NCBI RefSeq assembly: GCF_009834535.1
Contig: NC_045696.1
Span: 98,954,001-99,018,000 of the forward strand
Length of the DNA: 64,000 nucleotides
Direction: 5' to 3'
Source of the DNA: Camelus ferus
Taxonomy: Eukaryota
Positions 13,743-28,269 of this stretch are shown one piece after another (the stretch's first letter is position 1; the number at the start of each line of letters is the position of its first letter). A model generated the notes under the pieces. It had not been told where the DNA came from. It searched no databases and saw nothing but the letters and a program-made list of their open reading frames with translations. The position numbers and the translations under genes were made by a program.

Positions 13743-16364
13743 AGTTACTGGCTTTCTCAATCAGAATACGGGGTATGGCAGGAAACAACTACTGTGTTCC
13801 AACATAATAAATACAATAGAAAAAAAAAAGAATACAGGATATAGGATATAAGATAACCTTTTATTTTCCAACATTTTCTACTTGAAGCTAGAGTCTCTTT
13901 CCTCTGAGAAACTTCTTTTAAATGATAGATATGTTTACTTTTTTGTTTAGAGCAACAGTCTTAGTTCTAAAAGCAATGAGATTTTCATTATGCTATTACA
14001 TATATTCTCCTGCCCCCAAATGAAGAAATAAATTTTAAAAATCTATTTTCTACAATGAATAATAGAGTTTGATGAATCATCAAAGTAAGAGATTATTAAA
14101 CTCCTAAGAACCTCCTGCTTGGTATGTCGGTATGTAATGGGTGAGGATAGGTATTGTGTCAAACTGGAGATAGGAGGCTAAAAGACAAAATAATGAAGTC
14201 AAGAATAAATGGTGTTAAATGCTATGTTCTACACATAACATAACTCCTGCAGGAAGTCAAAAAAATGACACAAAACCACATTCTGATGAAGACATTGGAA
14301 TGGTATCAGTAGAAATGTGGAGTTTCACTGGACCTAGAAGGATGGTCGGATGGATACCCATGAAGTTAGCAGAGGGTGGGTACCAAAGGGAGCCGTTGTC
14401 TTCTGGTAACAAGTATGACCAGGACATGTCCAAATTTTAGGTCCTAAGCTAATAAACTTGATGCCCCTTTCCAGCTTCATCTGCCAAGACCCTTCCATGG
14501 ATATAGAAGTGAACTCCTTGTGATTTGGATAAACAGATATTTATCCAGAACCTCCTGTGTTCCTGGCGCTATTCTGTATGTTAGGGGTACATCAGTGAAA
14601 AAAAAAGAAAACAAAAACCCTCTCTCTCACCCCTACCTCAATCCATTTGAGACTAGAGCAGCTTTCCATAAAAATCTATACCTTCAGGGCCAGAAAGTAT
14701 TCAAATACAGCTCCGTTTCAGTACTACTTAAGATGACCGGTGTCAGAGACTACCATAAAATCCATTTGAGATCCTAAGGCTTAACTTAGCTTTTCTACAC
14801 CCTGTGTAGTTTGGCATTTAGACTGGGAATTGGCCCGCCTCTCTGCAGTAATACCACTGCTAAGCTTCCAGCCTGCCTCGCAGGTTACAATTTAATAAGA
14901 AAAATAAATGGCAGCAGATGTTATACACAGTTACATTAGAACTGCACACATTTAGTTCTAATCAAGCCATTTTTCACCCAGCTGAAGATAAGAGAAGTTA
15001 CTTTTAAAGAGTTCTGAATCAATGGGAAAATATTTGCTGAAGCAGTGAACCCAAAAGAGATAACCTGACTACTCCTGGGGGAAATATTTGCTAAAAGTTC
15101 CCACAATTTGATATGTGATTCTGTAAGAATAGTGACTTATAAAAGGATCTATTCTGATTGGAATGAAGATGAATGGAACTTCTCTATATATTATTTCACT
15201 TTCATGAATTTATTTAATAAACATTCTTTGAGAACATTATAAAAAAAGAATGCTTATAAGCAGTAATGCTCAGGGTCCTTGAGGTCAACAGAACTTAATG
15301 TCTACTTGCAAAGAAAACCTATAGATGCAGAGAAAGTTAGATAATAAAATAAAACCAATCAAGCAAGGTTCAAAGACAAAGTCTGATGAAGTTGCCAGTC
15401 TTGGCTATGAATCTGTGTGGCCTTGGGAAAGTTAATTCATCTTCCTGGTTAAGAGAATAATTGTTACCATCATAGGTTCAAAAGAAGCAGCTGTCACTAT
15501 CAGATTATGAGACTTGTTTGCCCTTAATTATATAATCACCCTGAGCTGATATGAGCAAGCTTTTTTTCAGATGCCTGTACCTCAAGTTGGCTATTCCAAA
15601 AAGAAAAATTACTTTTCTCTTTCTTTTCTGTCTTCTTTTACTCGCTTCCACAGAGTGTTACTTGGTGTTTGCTGTGAGCAGAGCATATACAGGGAGCACT
15701 ATTATTTGTCCAGGGTGGCGTTCCCTGTGCCAGCATCCAATTCTCTTGTTACTCCTGACTGTCAGGGCATCCAATGATTGTGCATGAAATCTCCAGCCTT
15801 CTTGCCTTACAATTATGTTTATAACAGACAATTCAAACAGCAGATTTATTCTCTGCTTCTCTATTTTCCACTCACTACATACACTGAAGGCGGCCCACAA
15901 TGGTGGAGGTCTAGTAGAGAGAAGATTGAATAGGTTATGTATTTAACAAACCGAGGTTATCACTATAGCAGGACAATGTCCTGTGAAACTATCCCAGACC
16001 CACCCTCATACTCCAAGTTGCTCGTATCAATGTCAGCATAGAAACTATGGAAACAATCAGTTGAGGAAATTCTTATGTTGTTCATACATTCATAGTCAAA
16101 CTCAGTTCCTTTCAAATTTTATTTTGACGCAGCACGGATAAGAAAGAAAATCCTTCATAATCCCAGCATGTCAGCTTCTTAGCTTTCTTCAGACCTCAGT
16201 TTTCATCTATAACTGGTTGGATTATAGGTGCCAAAAAAGAACTGGCCTTTATCAGGTCATCCTCAAACTTCTCTTCCCCCTATGTGATCCTGACCCAGTT
16301 AGGACGAACTCTTTTGTTTGTTTCCCTCACTGCCCGCAACACAAATTGTTTCCATATCGATGCC

Positions 16365-16570
16365 CAATTCAACTATATCTCCCAGCTTCCCCTGTGACTA
16401 GGTTTGGACAAAAGGTTCATGTCTCACCAGTGAAATGTGCAAAGTGAGGTGTGCAACTTCTGCTGAAAAGGACTAGCCCTGGACACGCTGTTCCTTTCCT
16501 CTTACCATTTGGTTGAAAATCAGTGGAAATGGCTGAAGTAATCTTGGAAATCATATGCAGAAGATGGATT
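16365..16570 (+). mobile_element. Old ERVL/MaLR LTR fragment
   Basis: ACTATATCTCCCAGCTTCCCCTGTGACTAGG...GTGTGCAACTTC motif typical of old MLT1/LTR33-type LTRs. Confidence 0.5.
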
Positions 16571-16711
16571 TCTAGAGCTTCACATGTAGCCCAGGGACTA
16601 GCATGTTTGGCTGCACAGGAAAATCATTTGGGGGTCTTCTAAGATGACCTGGTGGCTGAACCTCAACCACAAGATTCTAATATAATTTTTTGATTTGGAG
16701 CCCAGGAACTA

Positions 16712-16753
16712 TTCTTCTTCTTCTTCTTCATCATCATCATCATCATCATCATC
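16712..16753. repeat. Compound (TTC)6(ATC)8 microsatellite
   Basis: Read directly; followed by (GTT)3. Confidence 0.95.
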
Positions 16754-17064
16754 ATGTTGTTGTTATAGAGCTTGTGGTGTTTCTCAAGTGACAACACTGA
16801 AGGAGCCAAATGCAGCAAATGGTACTGCCTGATTTGCTCTTCCCTGCTCATTCTTTCCCTCGAGAAGGAGACGCCACTCCCTCAAGCACAGGATTCATCA
16901 AATTTATGCCCACAAAGAAGTAAAGGGTTTCCACCTGTAGAGCTTAATTGAGACAGGGGGATTCTATTGGAAGGAATCAGAGTTATCCACATAAAAAAAT
17001 ACAAAAGGATGAAACTTACTTACCGAACTGCCTCTCACAGGTCTCACTGCTTTCACTCTTGCCT

Positions 17065-17690
17065 AAGCAGCCGGGAAGATCCCTTCAAATGATAAATAAG
17101 CTCATGTCATTCAAAGCCCTGCAGAGGCTCTCCATTTTAACTGAAATAAGAGCCAGAGTTTTTACAGTGTCTTACCAGGCCCCACGCACGGTGGTCCCTC
17201 TGAACTCAATGCTTCTTCCTCTTCCCTTTCTCACTCTGCTCCAGGTCTACTGGCCTCTTTGTGGCTCCTGGAACATGCCGCATACTCTCCACCTCAGGGC
17301 CATTGCACAGACTCTACCTCTGTCTAGAATACTCTTCCCTAAAGAGTCAAGTGGCTAATTTCCCCACTTTCTTCAAGCATTTGCTCAAATGTCACTTCTT
17401 CAATGAGGTGTGCTCTGGCCATCCTACTTAAAATTGTAATTTTCCCAGCCCTCTGCACTACCACATTTCCTTTTGCTACTCTTTTTCTTTTCCACTTGGG
17501 AATTATTACATTATTACAAGCCACACAATTGACTTATTTGTGACGTTTACTCTTACTGCCACTTCACCCTCACTAGCACGGAGGGTCCACGAGGGCAGGG
17601 ATTCTTTGTTGTCTGAGTTGTTCATGCCTGTATCCCAAACCCCTAGAACAACACAGAGTAAGTACTCAAATATAGAACGAATACATAAAT
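17065..17690 (+). mobile_element. L2 LINE 3' end
   Basis: TGCTCAAATGTCACTTCTTCAATGAGG, CCACGAGGGCAGGGA, TGTATCCC...CCTAGAACA. Confidence 0.85.
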
Positions 17691-17884
17691 TAAAATTTCT
17701 AAATGATTCTAGAGCATATTTTTAAATGTCTTCTATGGAGAAACCAAATAAATAAAAATGATTTCCATCCCCAAAGATTTCAAAGAAGGGTACACAAATT
17801 TGATTTTGGACATAAAGAAAATGGTGCCAATCTTGAGTGATTTGCAGATCTCCAAGTAGAACTCGCCCTCTAAAAGAATTTTCT

Positions 17885-17950
17885 ACACACACACACACAC
17901 ACACACAAACACATACTCACACACACACTCACATACTCACATGCTCAAAC
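17885..17950. repeat. (AC)11 plus imperfect CA tract
   Basis: Read directly. Confidence 0.9.
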
Positions 17951-20864
17951 ACATACATTGTCTTAATGGTTTATGTTTTCATTGGATTCCAAGCACTTAA
18001 GCTGATATATAAGCTGATGCTTAAAAGAAATTTTAATTGATAGTAGAAAATAAAGTGCTAGTAAAAGTGGGATTAATGAATGATAACTCTGGTAACAGAG
18101 GAGGCAGTCTCATGAAAGGGAAGAACAAAGTCTATAGAAAATTTGTTTGCTTCACAATATTGTCTAGAAATGACCATAACTACACAATCCCATTTTAGTC
18201 AAATGAGGACAGTTGGAAATCTGCTGTAGCACAGTGCTCAGCACATGGTGGGGACTCAAAAATTATCTGTCTGATGAATGAATGAATAAAGAGGAAGTAG
18301 TGTGATTTATGATTGTCTTTTCATCATTTACCTTTCCCTCTAAAATAAGGTCTTCTTATTTAGATGAATATGCTAACTTTTTGCTTTTCCTCTCCCCACA
18401 AAACGGCTGTGAGGTAAAAAGGATAAAACAAATGTTGCAGCAGGAGAACTATGTGAGCTCTCCTTTGAAGTCTGCACAGTGTCTTCCATCTGAACCTGCT
18501 GTGCCTCATTTCAGAATTCACTGTTTTCATCAAGTCAGGAAAACCCATTTGCTCTTTCTTCTGTGCATCGTATCGCACTGATTTTCATCAAAGCCAGCCA
18601 ACCCGTTATGGGCTACCAGTCCCCAGGCTTCCTGGGAGTCTCCCCTGTCTGCCTCTGGTAGAAGCAGAGTGAGGCTCTGAAGTTTGAACTGTGGAAAATT
18701 TCTGCTGTTTCTGTAAGCTAGGGTAAGCACTGTGTTTATGTCTGGAAAACTGACTTACTGATTATTGATCACTGTTTTCCTAAACAGTGAATCTCATGAA
18801 TTTCACGTGCTCCTGCCTTTGGCTGATCTTTAATGTCCTTATTCTAAACCTGACATCTTCTCTATGCATCAGGGAGACCCAATCTTAAAGACAAAGCAAT
18901 AAGATCTTTTCAAACTATAACTTGTGCTTCTTGAGGCTCTACCAGTCAGAATTACCTTACAATGAGAGGTAAGTTATATTAATGAAAAACTAAGTATATT
19001 TATCCAATGCTGCATTCTATCTCTTTTTTAGGGAATTCTCATTCTTCCTTCAAAATTTCCATTCATTCATTTGCGGCGTTCCCCAAGGGCTGTCTCCCAT
19101 GTCTCAGCTGGCATTATGATATGTTCTTGCTTAAATTTGCACACTGATTCATGATCTGTTGCCAAGGATGCTGAAAATGACAAAGCTGCTCCAGAAGTTG
19201 GTGATATTTGCCAAGGTCTACATTGAAGCTGCCAATATTTATTGCTGAGAATACTGCCTCTATAAAGTGAAAATAGCTATGGTTTGGGCACAGAGTCCCA
19301 TTGCAAAAAAGCCTTGGACACTAAGTCCCAAGGCCATAGAAGCTGCTAATAAACCAATCTTATGCCAAGGCCACATTATTTATTCTATAACCCTCCTTGT
19401 TCTGAAACAAAGACAGCTTTCATGCCAAAGTAACATCAATCACTTTTTCCCTCTGTCTGAATTTCAGTGCATTGAATGCTTTGAGTTTCATGTTTTCAAA
19501 AGTTTAAAAGTTTACAGTTACAGCCTCTATTCATTATGGTTCTGGCTAATGTGCCTTAGTGGTCAAAGGTATGTATTTTGGGGGAAATGGAAATAAATGA
19601 GGACACCAGTTGGAGTAGTCACTCAGTAAAGGAAGACAGTGTAAACTAAGTACCTTAATTTTTCACTGCCTTCCATCACAAATTCATTGTACGCTCGGCC
19701 TCTCTCTTCCCACAGGATGAATTCCTTCTAAAGGGACTTTACAAATTCCTGAAAACTTTAAACCTTTGGCAGTCCTGCCTTCAAGCCTCCTCAATTATTG
19801 CTATACATATTAATTCATGATAAAAGATACTATGTAAAAAAGGTTTTAGATTCTACAGATTTCATTTACAGAATCTCAGTCAAATATGGGAATTATTGTA
19901 TGCAGCTACAGTGACAAAACAATTCTCAGGTATAATTTAATATTGGTTATACACTGGGAATCATAATTTAACTATATTTTCACAAAAAAGAGAACAATCC
20001 TATCAGTGCCAACATCTTCAAGTTAAAAAGTGTAGAATTTAGTGCATTCTTATTGGTAAAATAAAGGAAAGATACAGAAATCAGAAAATTAAGGATTTAG
20101 GGGAGAGAGAATGGGAGATCAAGCTTAAAATTACAGGTATTCCAGAGTGAAAAAAAAAGACAAAATAATTAATGACATAATAAAAGAAAACTAAAGAAAT
20201 ACTTCATCCCATAGATTAAAAGCTATCAATTAGTTTAAAATGATTTATAATCAAATGTGCTTTAATAAAAGTACACGTGCTTGAACCCAATCCCTGAAGA
20301 TTCTGACTAGTTGGGACTGGGGTGATACTTTGATAACTGTATTTTAAAAATTCTTCAGACGTGATTCTGATAAACATTGCTAGGTTGAGAATGATTTATC
20401 AAAGAATACTTTTTATGGGTAAGAATAAATATATATCAAGATAGCTTCTCAAGGAAATAAAAGAAGTAGAAGAAGGAGAGATGTGGGAAGGAAGAAAAGA
20501 AGAAAGGAAGGAAGAGGGGGAGGAGGGAAGAAGAGAGAGAAAGGAAGTTGATGTTTTAAAATCAGGAAGAGAGAAGTTAAGGGTGATTTTAAATGAGTTA
20601 AGTCCTTACTTAGTTAAATGAAGTTAATAGATATTGTACAAAATTAATAAATTAATAAATAATAATACAGTCATATCATTTAGAGAATAAAATTAATCAC
20701 TTTAAAACAATTCCCATTGTTATAAGTGGCTTCCTCTGCAGACTAAAACTTTTGGTGTAAAGAAAGATAGGCAAATATTATAAACTGTACACAATATGTT
20801 ATTATTCCCATGCATTATTTTCAAATACGATGCTAAAAAATGGAAAATCAAGAACATTTGTATT

Positions 20865-21110
20865 TATAATAATTACTAGCATTTATTAAATATGTGTTAT
20901 TTCCATGTTACTACCTTATTAAACATTTGAATTGCATTATGTAATTAAATATTACATTTATGTAACTGAAAAACCCTATGAGGTAGGTAAAATTATACCT
21001 ATTTTCTATTAGAAGAAAGTGAGGCTTAATGAAATTAAGTAACTTGCCTAAGGTCACAGACCTGGCAAGGGATGTGTATGTCTAACTTCCAAGTCCACAC
21101 TCTCGACTGC
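20865..21110 (-). mobile_element. MIR SINE
   Basis: AACCCTATGAGGTAGGT...GAAAGTGAGGCTT...TTAAGTAACTTGCCTAAGGTCACAG. Confidence 0.8.
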
Positions 21111-21959
21111 TTTGACAAACTCCACTGAAGACAATGAATATAATCATTACATAAAAGACTCTAAATACAGTACACATTTATTAATTGATTTAATATACAA
21201 TAATTCATATTTTAATATTTAAACCTGCTGTATCTATTATAAATTTTTCTCTGTGAAACTTGGATCAAAAATAAGTATTATTTTTCTTTTCTAAACCAAT
21301 TAAATCTCTTCCAAACACTGCATAGATGGAAGAAATTCAGTAATAATCATGCTTGAAATGGTCCTTCTTTTGAGGCTCATGGCAGATGGGGCTCTACAGG
21401 ATGGGGCTCATTGTGGTACCCTAAAGAATTGATGAGGGGATGCAGGGCTCATGGGCCATTGTTCTTTCCACGATGTAGATTCGAGGCCACTGGTCTGGGC
21501 TGACTCGGCGACAACCTGCAGCGATTTACCTGAGTGGCTACAGACTCCCTGGTGCCAGGACCACAGGACTTTCACCAGCCACCCCGGTCAAACCTCCTAC
21601 TGGAACTTCTGGCAAATCTCCCTCACCTTGTTTGCTGCAAGTTCAGTGACTCCTCAGCATCCTTCTTGGGATCCAGAGGGTCCCTTTCTGCGTCTTCCAC
21701 CCCTAGGATCTCCTTCAGCCAGACAATCCAGGTCAAATCCTATCTCACCAAAAGAGGTACTTTCTGTCGACTACTTTAGATAAAAGGGTGAGACGTGAAT
21801 ATTTACAGCTGTGAGAATAAAACACAAATAGTTTCTCAATAAGCTAGTCTATCTCAATAAAACTAAAAGGAAAGTCAAGCTCAACTTTATTATTAACCTA
21901 TCTAAGAATAAAGAAATCTGAGGGAATAGTTATAAAATGTTATACATATAAATATACAT

Positions 21960-22230
21960 GTGTTTCAAACTTAGGCCAAAATAGATACAATAGCATAATA
22001 AACCCCTACGGACCCATCATTCAGTTTCAGCAGTTATCAACATGGTTTCAGCTACATGCCCACACATCTCCCCACCTGGAATTACTGAAAAGTACCCAGA
22101 AATCTTATCATCTCATCTGCATTTTATTATGCATCTCTCATAGTCTATTTTCATTTATTTTCCCACAAAGCATTATCAGACCTTTAAAAAATAGTACTTA
22201 TTTTTAATATGGTAGAATATTCAGTCAGAG
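21960..22230 (-). mobile_element. Old L1M 3'UTR fragment
   Basis: ATAATAAACCCC...ACCCATCATTCAGTTTCAGCAGTTATCAACATGG. Confidence 0.55.
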
Positions 22231-22835
22231 AAAATGAATTTTTAAGAACATTAAGCTAAAACAATGTTATCAAGAATTCCTCCTAGAGTTAATATATTAA
22301 CGCTTTTGATGATTTTCCATCATTAAGAACCTCTTTTCAACATATTAATCATATTTTCATAGTATTTTGAGAAAATAAACTTTTACTTCAGTTTTACACT
22401 TTTAGAAATAATATGCTGACTACTAGTCTTCACTTTGTCCAGATTATGTTAATTTTCTTAACAAAAGTAGCATAGTAATGAACACTTTAGGGAAGGTGTC
22501 ATTTTTATGTTTCTCCAGAGAGTCTCAAAGTTGCAACGTCATTATTGAGAGACTATCGAATATCAAAAAACTAGCTTTTCTTTGGAATAACAAAGATTTA
22601 GGCGATTTTGCCTTCTTGACTTTTTTTAGTGCCCAAACCTTACTTCCTCATCTCTTCTTTCCTGCTTGCCTCCTTTGTTCTCCCAACTACCCCCTTCAAA
22701 AATTTACCAATGTCTGATGTTAAGTATGAAGAAATGTAGAAACTTGATTCTTCAAGAGGAACCAAATATTGTACCAAATTAACATACAGTGAACTTCGTT
22801 ATGGAGCAAATATCTGTCCAAACATTCCTTAAGGA

Positions 22836-23181
22836 CAGGATTTGGCCAACTCCAGTTCACTGGCCAAATCCAACCCAGTACCTGTTTTTGTTTTGTTCAT
22901 CTCATCAGCTCTGAATGGTTTTTAAATTTTCAAATGACTTAAACAAAATGGAAAGAAGAAGAAGACTTTGTGACATGTGAAATTGTATGAGATTGAAATG
23001 TGTGTCCATAAATAAAATTTTATTGGAGAAGCATCATACTCCCTCATGTATGTATTGTCTAGGACTGCCTTTGTGTCAGTCTCAATACTAACACAGTCAG
23101 AGTTGCAGTAGAGTTGAGATGGCTCCCAGAGCCTGAAATCCTTACTATCTGGACCTTTGTAGGAAATCATGCCATCCCCTG
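22836..23181. mobile_element. MER58B-like hAT-Charlie element
   Basis: CAGG...GGCCAAATCC...ATAAAATTTTATTGG...GCCTGAAATCCTTACTATCTGGACCTTT...CCCCTG, followed by the Charlie-type target CTCTAGAA. Confidence 0.8.
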
Positions 23182-26100
23182 CTCTAGAACAATAAAAACT
23201 TTCTAGGTATCAATGTTTTTAGCAACTATTAGTGGAAAACAAACACTGTCCAGCTACAGAGCTCATACCGACATCATCACCAGTTCCACACAAAAAACTG
23301 ACCAAAGGTTACAATGCAAATAGACACCCAGATCCTCATGCGTGTATGTGCATTTATACACAATATTAGGAAGAAAAATGCAGTAAGCAAACAGGTCATT
23401 TTTGCTTTGCTAATATTTAGATATGTGCTGGATATGCTTCAGGTCTGTTGGGTTGGGGACATTATCTGCCACAGTTTTGTTATTTTCAATACAGAAACAA
23501 TTGCATATGTAGGAAGAAAAGCATATCCTGCTACAGCTGTATCAACAGAATATTCTTCTCTTTTGGAATGCAGCTGACATTGCATGTCAAATTTGACACA
23601 CTTGGCCAATGATGCAAAATATGACCTCCATTGCCCATGAGCATAAGTTTGGAAGACTTCCCCTGAACAAGTTTTTCTTTGAGAGGAAGAGGGCTGGAGA
23701 GCATAGTTATGGTTCTTTAACTTAAGATTCTATGATTTATTTAGCTTACTTAATTTATGATTCTATAAGGTATTTTATTAAACACAAGAGCACTCAATCT
23801 CCAAAAATATATTTTTCTTATAGAGAATTATGTAAACACTGTAGATTTGTTTAAATTAAGTACTAATCACTATCCATGCTCAGTGTGAAAGAAAATACCT
23901 GAGAATTATTTTCTGCTGAACCAAGAATAATCCTTTATGCAACCACTTATTCAAATGAACAGTGCACTCGTTTTTAGCACTGATAAAATTTTTAGTGAAC
24001 AATTAATAATAATAATGTTCCCATGTTCCAAATGTATACCTAAATACTTTTACCTCAGCCTCTGGAAACACTTACCACCAATAAAATTACTTTCAGTTGG
24101 TTAAGCTAACGATCTTGGTCTATTCTAGCAAACATCTTGTCATTTTAAGATGTTACAATAAGAACATGCTAAATTTGGAAGGCTTCTTTGTTTTATTCTA
24201 AAAGATTACGGTTAGCAGATAGTATATCAACAAGCAGACAAGCCACATTGTCTGAAATCTAGAAGAATTAAACAAAATATATATGCATACACAACCAGAG
24301 GCTGATATGCACCTGTCTAAATAAACAGCCATGCCTTCCTATACATTCAGTGTGAGGAGGTCCTGAGACAGGCGTTCGGAAAAGTCACAGTCTCTAGGCA
24401 AGCATCAACAAACTGAAGGGCAAATTTAACTTCACCCATAGTTCCTGGAAAGAACAATGACATCACTGAATTACTACCGTAGATGTTAAAATATTTCCTG
24501 AGTGCATCTAAATCTCAGGACAGTGGATGAAACTCATTTCACCTGGTCTCTCATTTCTTTGACCTGTTGAAGTATCCTATATTGCCTATGGTTATGCTGA
24601 AAATCCAGAGTCCATTGTGAGATATTAAACAAATCCTTTCCTGTTGAAACAATACAGTTTTGCATAACAAATATACTTTAAAGAAAAAAGATGAGTAATG
24701 CCCCTTCCAGAGACACTGAACTTTCCACTAAATCCTGCTAATCACAGAGGTACTCGAAACAAAATTTCTCCTCGCACTTCCCCGTCCTCTCTCCAGGAAT
24801 CATCCCTGGGATGTACCAGGTCCGACTTGCCATCCATTTCTTCTTTTTGCTGCCACAAAAAATTGCCCAAACAAATTGTTCATTAGAAGAAATACCTCCA
24901 AGCTGTTGCCAACTTACATAGACATCTAAAGACATTTTTTGTGGTTTCCTCTTTTAAAGAAAAGTTACAGAATAGAAAGCCCAGAATCTCTGAAACAGTC
25001 TTCACAAGCTCAAGTCTCTCCAGTTACTCTGAATGAAATGCCATTACAACTGTAAGGGCCAATGAGTCATCATCTTACATTATTGTTCTGAAAGATCAGT
25101 CCAAAGAATTTTACAGTTGTTTTCAACTCATTGCACTAAAGACAACCAAAAAGTGCCAAGATTTCTCTGTTCTCTTGACTTGAAGTGCTCAAGAGAATCA
25201 CATCGATAGGACGTTGGGAGCAGTTATTTGGATGCATGTTGCAAGTCTCCCATCTCTGAGTCTATGATGGATGTCAGTGAAGTTTGTGGCTGGATAACAG
25301 TAGTCCTACATCAAGGCGATTTATGGGGAGGATGCATTTAGTGTTATTCATGAGCCACTTAACAAGCTTCAGCCCAGGATACAATATGGCCTTTGTTTAT
25401 AGTCCCAGGAGGTCTAAAGAGGGCTTTTGATAATTGAAGAGATTTTTTTCTGATAAATGTTAAAGGATCTTGAGGTGGGCCTGAAAGCTGAAAGTGTATT
25501 TTCCTGTTAACTTGAAGAGTCCTACATTTCATCCTAACTTCCCTGTTTCCTCAATAAAAAATTATCAGATATTCTGCTGGTATTTTATTTTGCTATTGTT
25601 CTGCTACATTAAATAACCAAGAGGGAAACATTTTGTAGAAAAATGTTCATTTCACTCTCTATTACAGGAAGTTGGAACATCTTAACAGGCTAGCCAGACT
25701 ATTTGAACAGAAATGAAGCAACATATGTTTGAAACTGTCTTTTGTATCATATTCTTTATGTTTATGACCCACATTCTTCTCAATGAATTGTTATTTATGG
25801 CAATCTATGTGTATAATAGTTCTGACTTAACCAAGAACTCCAGTGCTAACTGAAAGACTTGGGAATCAGACAATTGCACTGGTGTGGCTCAGCTGAATTA
25901 AATTAGGAAAAAAGAGTCCACCAGTCTTATGAGTGTGAGAGGGAGTCATGAGATAACTAATAGAACTGTTAACGCAGGGCGATAGTTAATACAAGTAGAC
26001 AGAAATATTTTAATATTTCGGAATATCACTGGTTCTGAACAATTCACAACCAAAAAAAGAGTACCTTCAGAATGTGACCGTATTAGCAAGTAAGAAATAA

Positions 26101-28175
26101 GGATAGTTTTGTTTCAATTAAAGCACTGGATGTGACAATGATTTCATTTTACCCAGTTCTTAAAAATGACTCCAGAAGGATGTTTCTCCAATCCATTTCA
26201 CAGCCACTTTGCATGAGGCCTTGAATTGAAGTGCTTTAGTCTACAGTCTGCAGTTCAAAAAATACACTGTTGGGGCTGGTAACCTCATTGGGACTGGGCG
26301 GTTTGTAGGCTTTATTTTATATCTCATGTTCTTTATGCGGAGTGCTTTATGTCACATAAAATGCCCATCCTTCCTTCCAATTTCAATTACTGAGCACCTG
26401 TGAAACCACAAGGCGTAGGGCCTCAGATTTCCTGTTTGCTAAAGTGTCTAACACGACTCCAATGTGGAAGCAACGTGCAGAATCATCTGGTTCAAGTCTG
26501 TTATTTATTAGATTCAGACACGGACAAGCTACTTGCAAAACATCACACTGTTTGTGAGGTGACAGAAAATTTCTTTACAGGCGTTTCTTACTCTCTTATC
26601 AACGTTCAGAAATCTTTGAGTATGGTTTAAGTGCCCTCTGACAGTCAGCAAAGCTACTAAATCAATGTACCTGGAAAAAACACATTTTTTAGCAGACATA
26701 TTGTCTCTTATCTTTTGGAGTATAAACTACAGCAATATTAAAGTACAGAAATTTAAATATGGTACGGCTGTTGGAAAAAATGTGAAGCCATCATAAACAA
26801 TCTACCAGTTAGATTCAGAAATAATGTACCACTCTGAATAATTCAGCACACACCAAAAAAACATGCTAAAATAATTTGAAGGTTAACACATAAAAGCTGG
26901 GGGAGAGAGAGGAGGGAAAAAGAAGGCTTCCTCAAAGATTCTATTAATCCTCACTAATGTTCTGTTTGCCTCCCCCAGGCACTAATTCTTCGGCAGAATG
27001 CCAAAATGGTAGATGATACTACTTTAGGCTTCCTGAGCGAGGAGTTCCTTTTTACAGTTTGAACCTGCAATGCCTCTGTCATAAAAGCTAACAAGGAAAC
27101 AGGGGCTAATGTTTGCGAAATAGAAAAGTCAGTCTGGAGTTCATAAAAGAGATTTTGTTTATTTACCGCAAATGAACCGGGTAGCTGGTCCAACAATTAT
27201 CACGGTCTTCCTTAATTGTTGAATTAGTTGCCATTGATACACGGAACTAGAAATTTGGCCGGGGACTGCATTTTACAATGGAAAACAATCTTCAGGAACA
27301 TATTCATTCATTAACTTCTGTGGCCAGCGGCTGCCAGCCCAGCATGTGCAGTGAAAATGATGCATTTCTTCAGTTTAGTTACTGGCATTTAGCTACCCAT
27401 GCCCACATTTTTAACAACCTGTTAATTCACATCTTCAGACTAATAACCTATATTGGGCAAAGCAAGAGTGCTTAAAAGTGAAGGTGCTGACAGTTTGCAG
27501 ATAAAGGGAGCACATTTCTTTTTAAAATCTCTACAGGTGCTTATCTAAATCAGTCAAGGTTGTGATTATAACATATAAATACGGCAAGGTTCACTGATAG
27601 AGGTGATGTGAGTGACAGCCAACAAAGGCACCCGACTTAAAGGACATCTATGCCTGATACTATATCTACATTCAAATTGAAACATATTCGTACAATCACT
27701 TCCCTGTCAGAATTCGAGATCATTTCCAAAGGTGAAAAATATTTGGCCCTCTCTCTCTCTGCCAAACTTTAGCTCCTTCTCCAGAAGAAAGGATGGATTT
27801 AGTCCCCAAATTTAAAGTTTGTAATTGAAGAAAATATCTTTTTACTTAATATAAATGTTGCAGAGAATTAGTTCCAAGATTTTGAAAACGTGGTTGGTTT
27901 TCATATTGCAATTCACATAGACACATCCTGGGGCATATATATCCCTGGGGTGAATTCCCACTTAGCACCCCTCTCTTCCCACCAACTTCAGAAGAAACAG
28001 AAGCAAAGAGGCAAGAGCAGAGCAATAATTCTATCCAATTCAGACACAATCAAATGTCTAATAACAAAACTTCTAACCACAGTTATGCATTCACTTTCAT
28101 TTTCTCCTTGATTCCATATTCATTTAAGAGCTATGACTACTGGACACTGAACAAGGTAATTCAGAGAAAGAGAAA

Positions 28176-28214
28176 GGAGGAGGAGGAGGAGGAGGAGGAG
28201 GAGGAGGAGGAGGA
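28176..28214. repeat. (GGA)13 microsatellite
   Basis: Read directly. Confidence 0.95.
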
Positions 28215-28269
28215 GGGAAACTTGACCCCTGCCTTCAAGGAGCTTATATAGAAAAACCTGCATGCACGT

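Noticed and set aside
16663..16851. ORF with poly-Met/poly-Lys
   Set aside because: Translation of the (TTC)(ATC) microsatellite.
16948..17358. 136-aa ORF
   Set aside because: Mostly within an L2 3' fragment; no recognisable domain.
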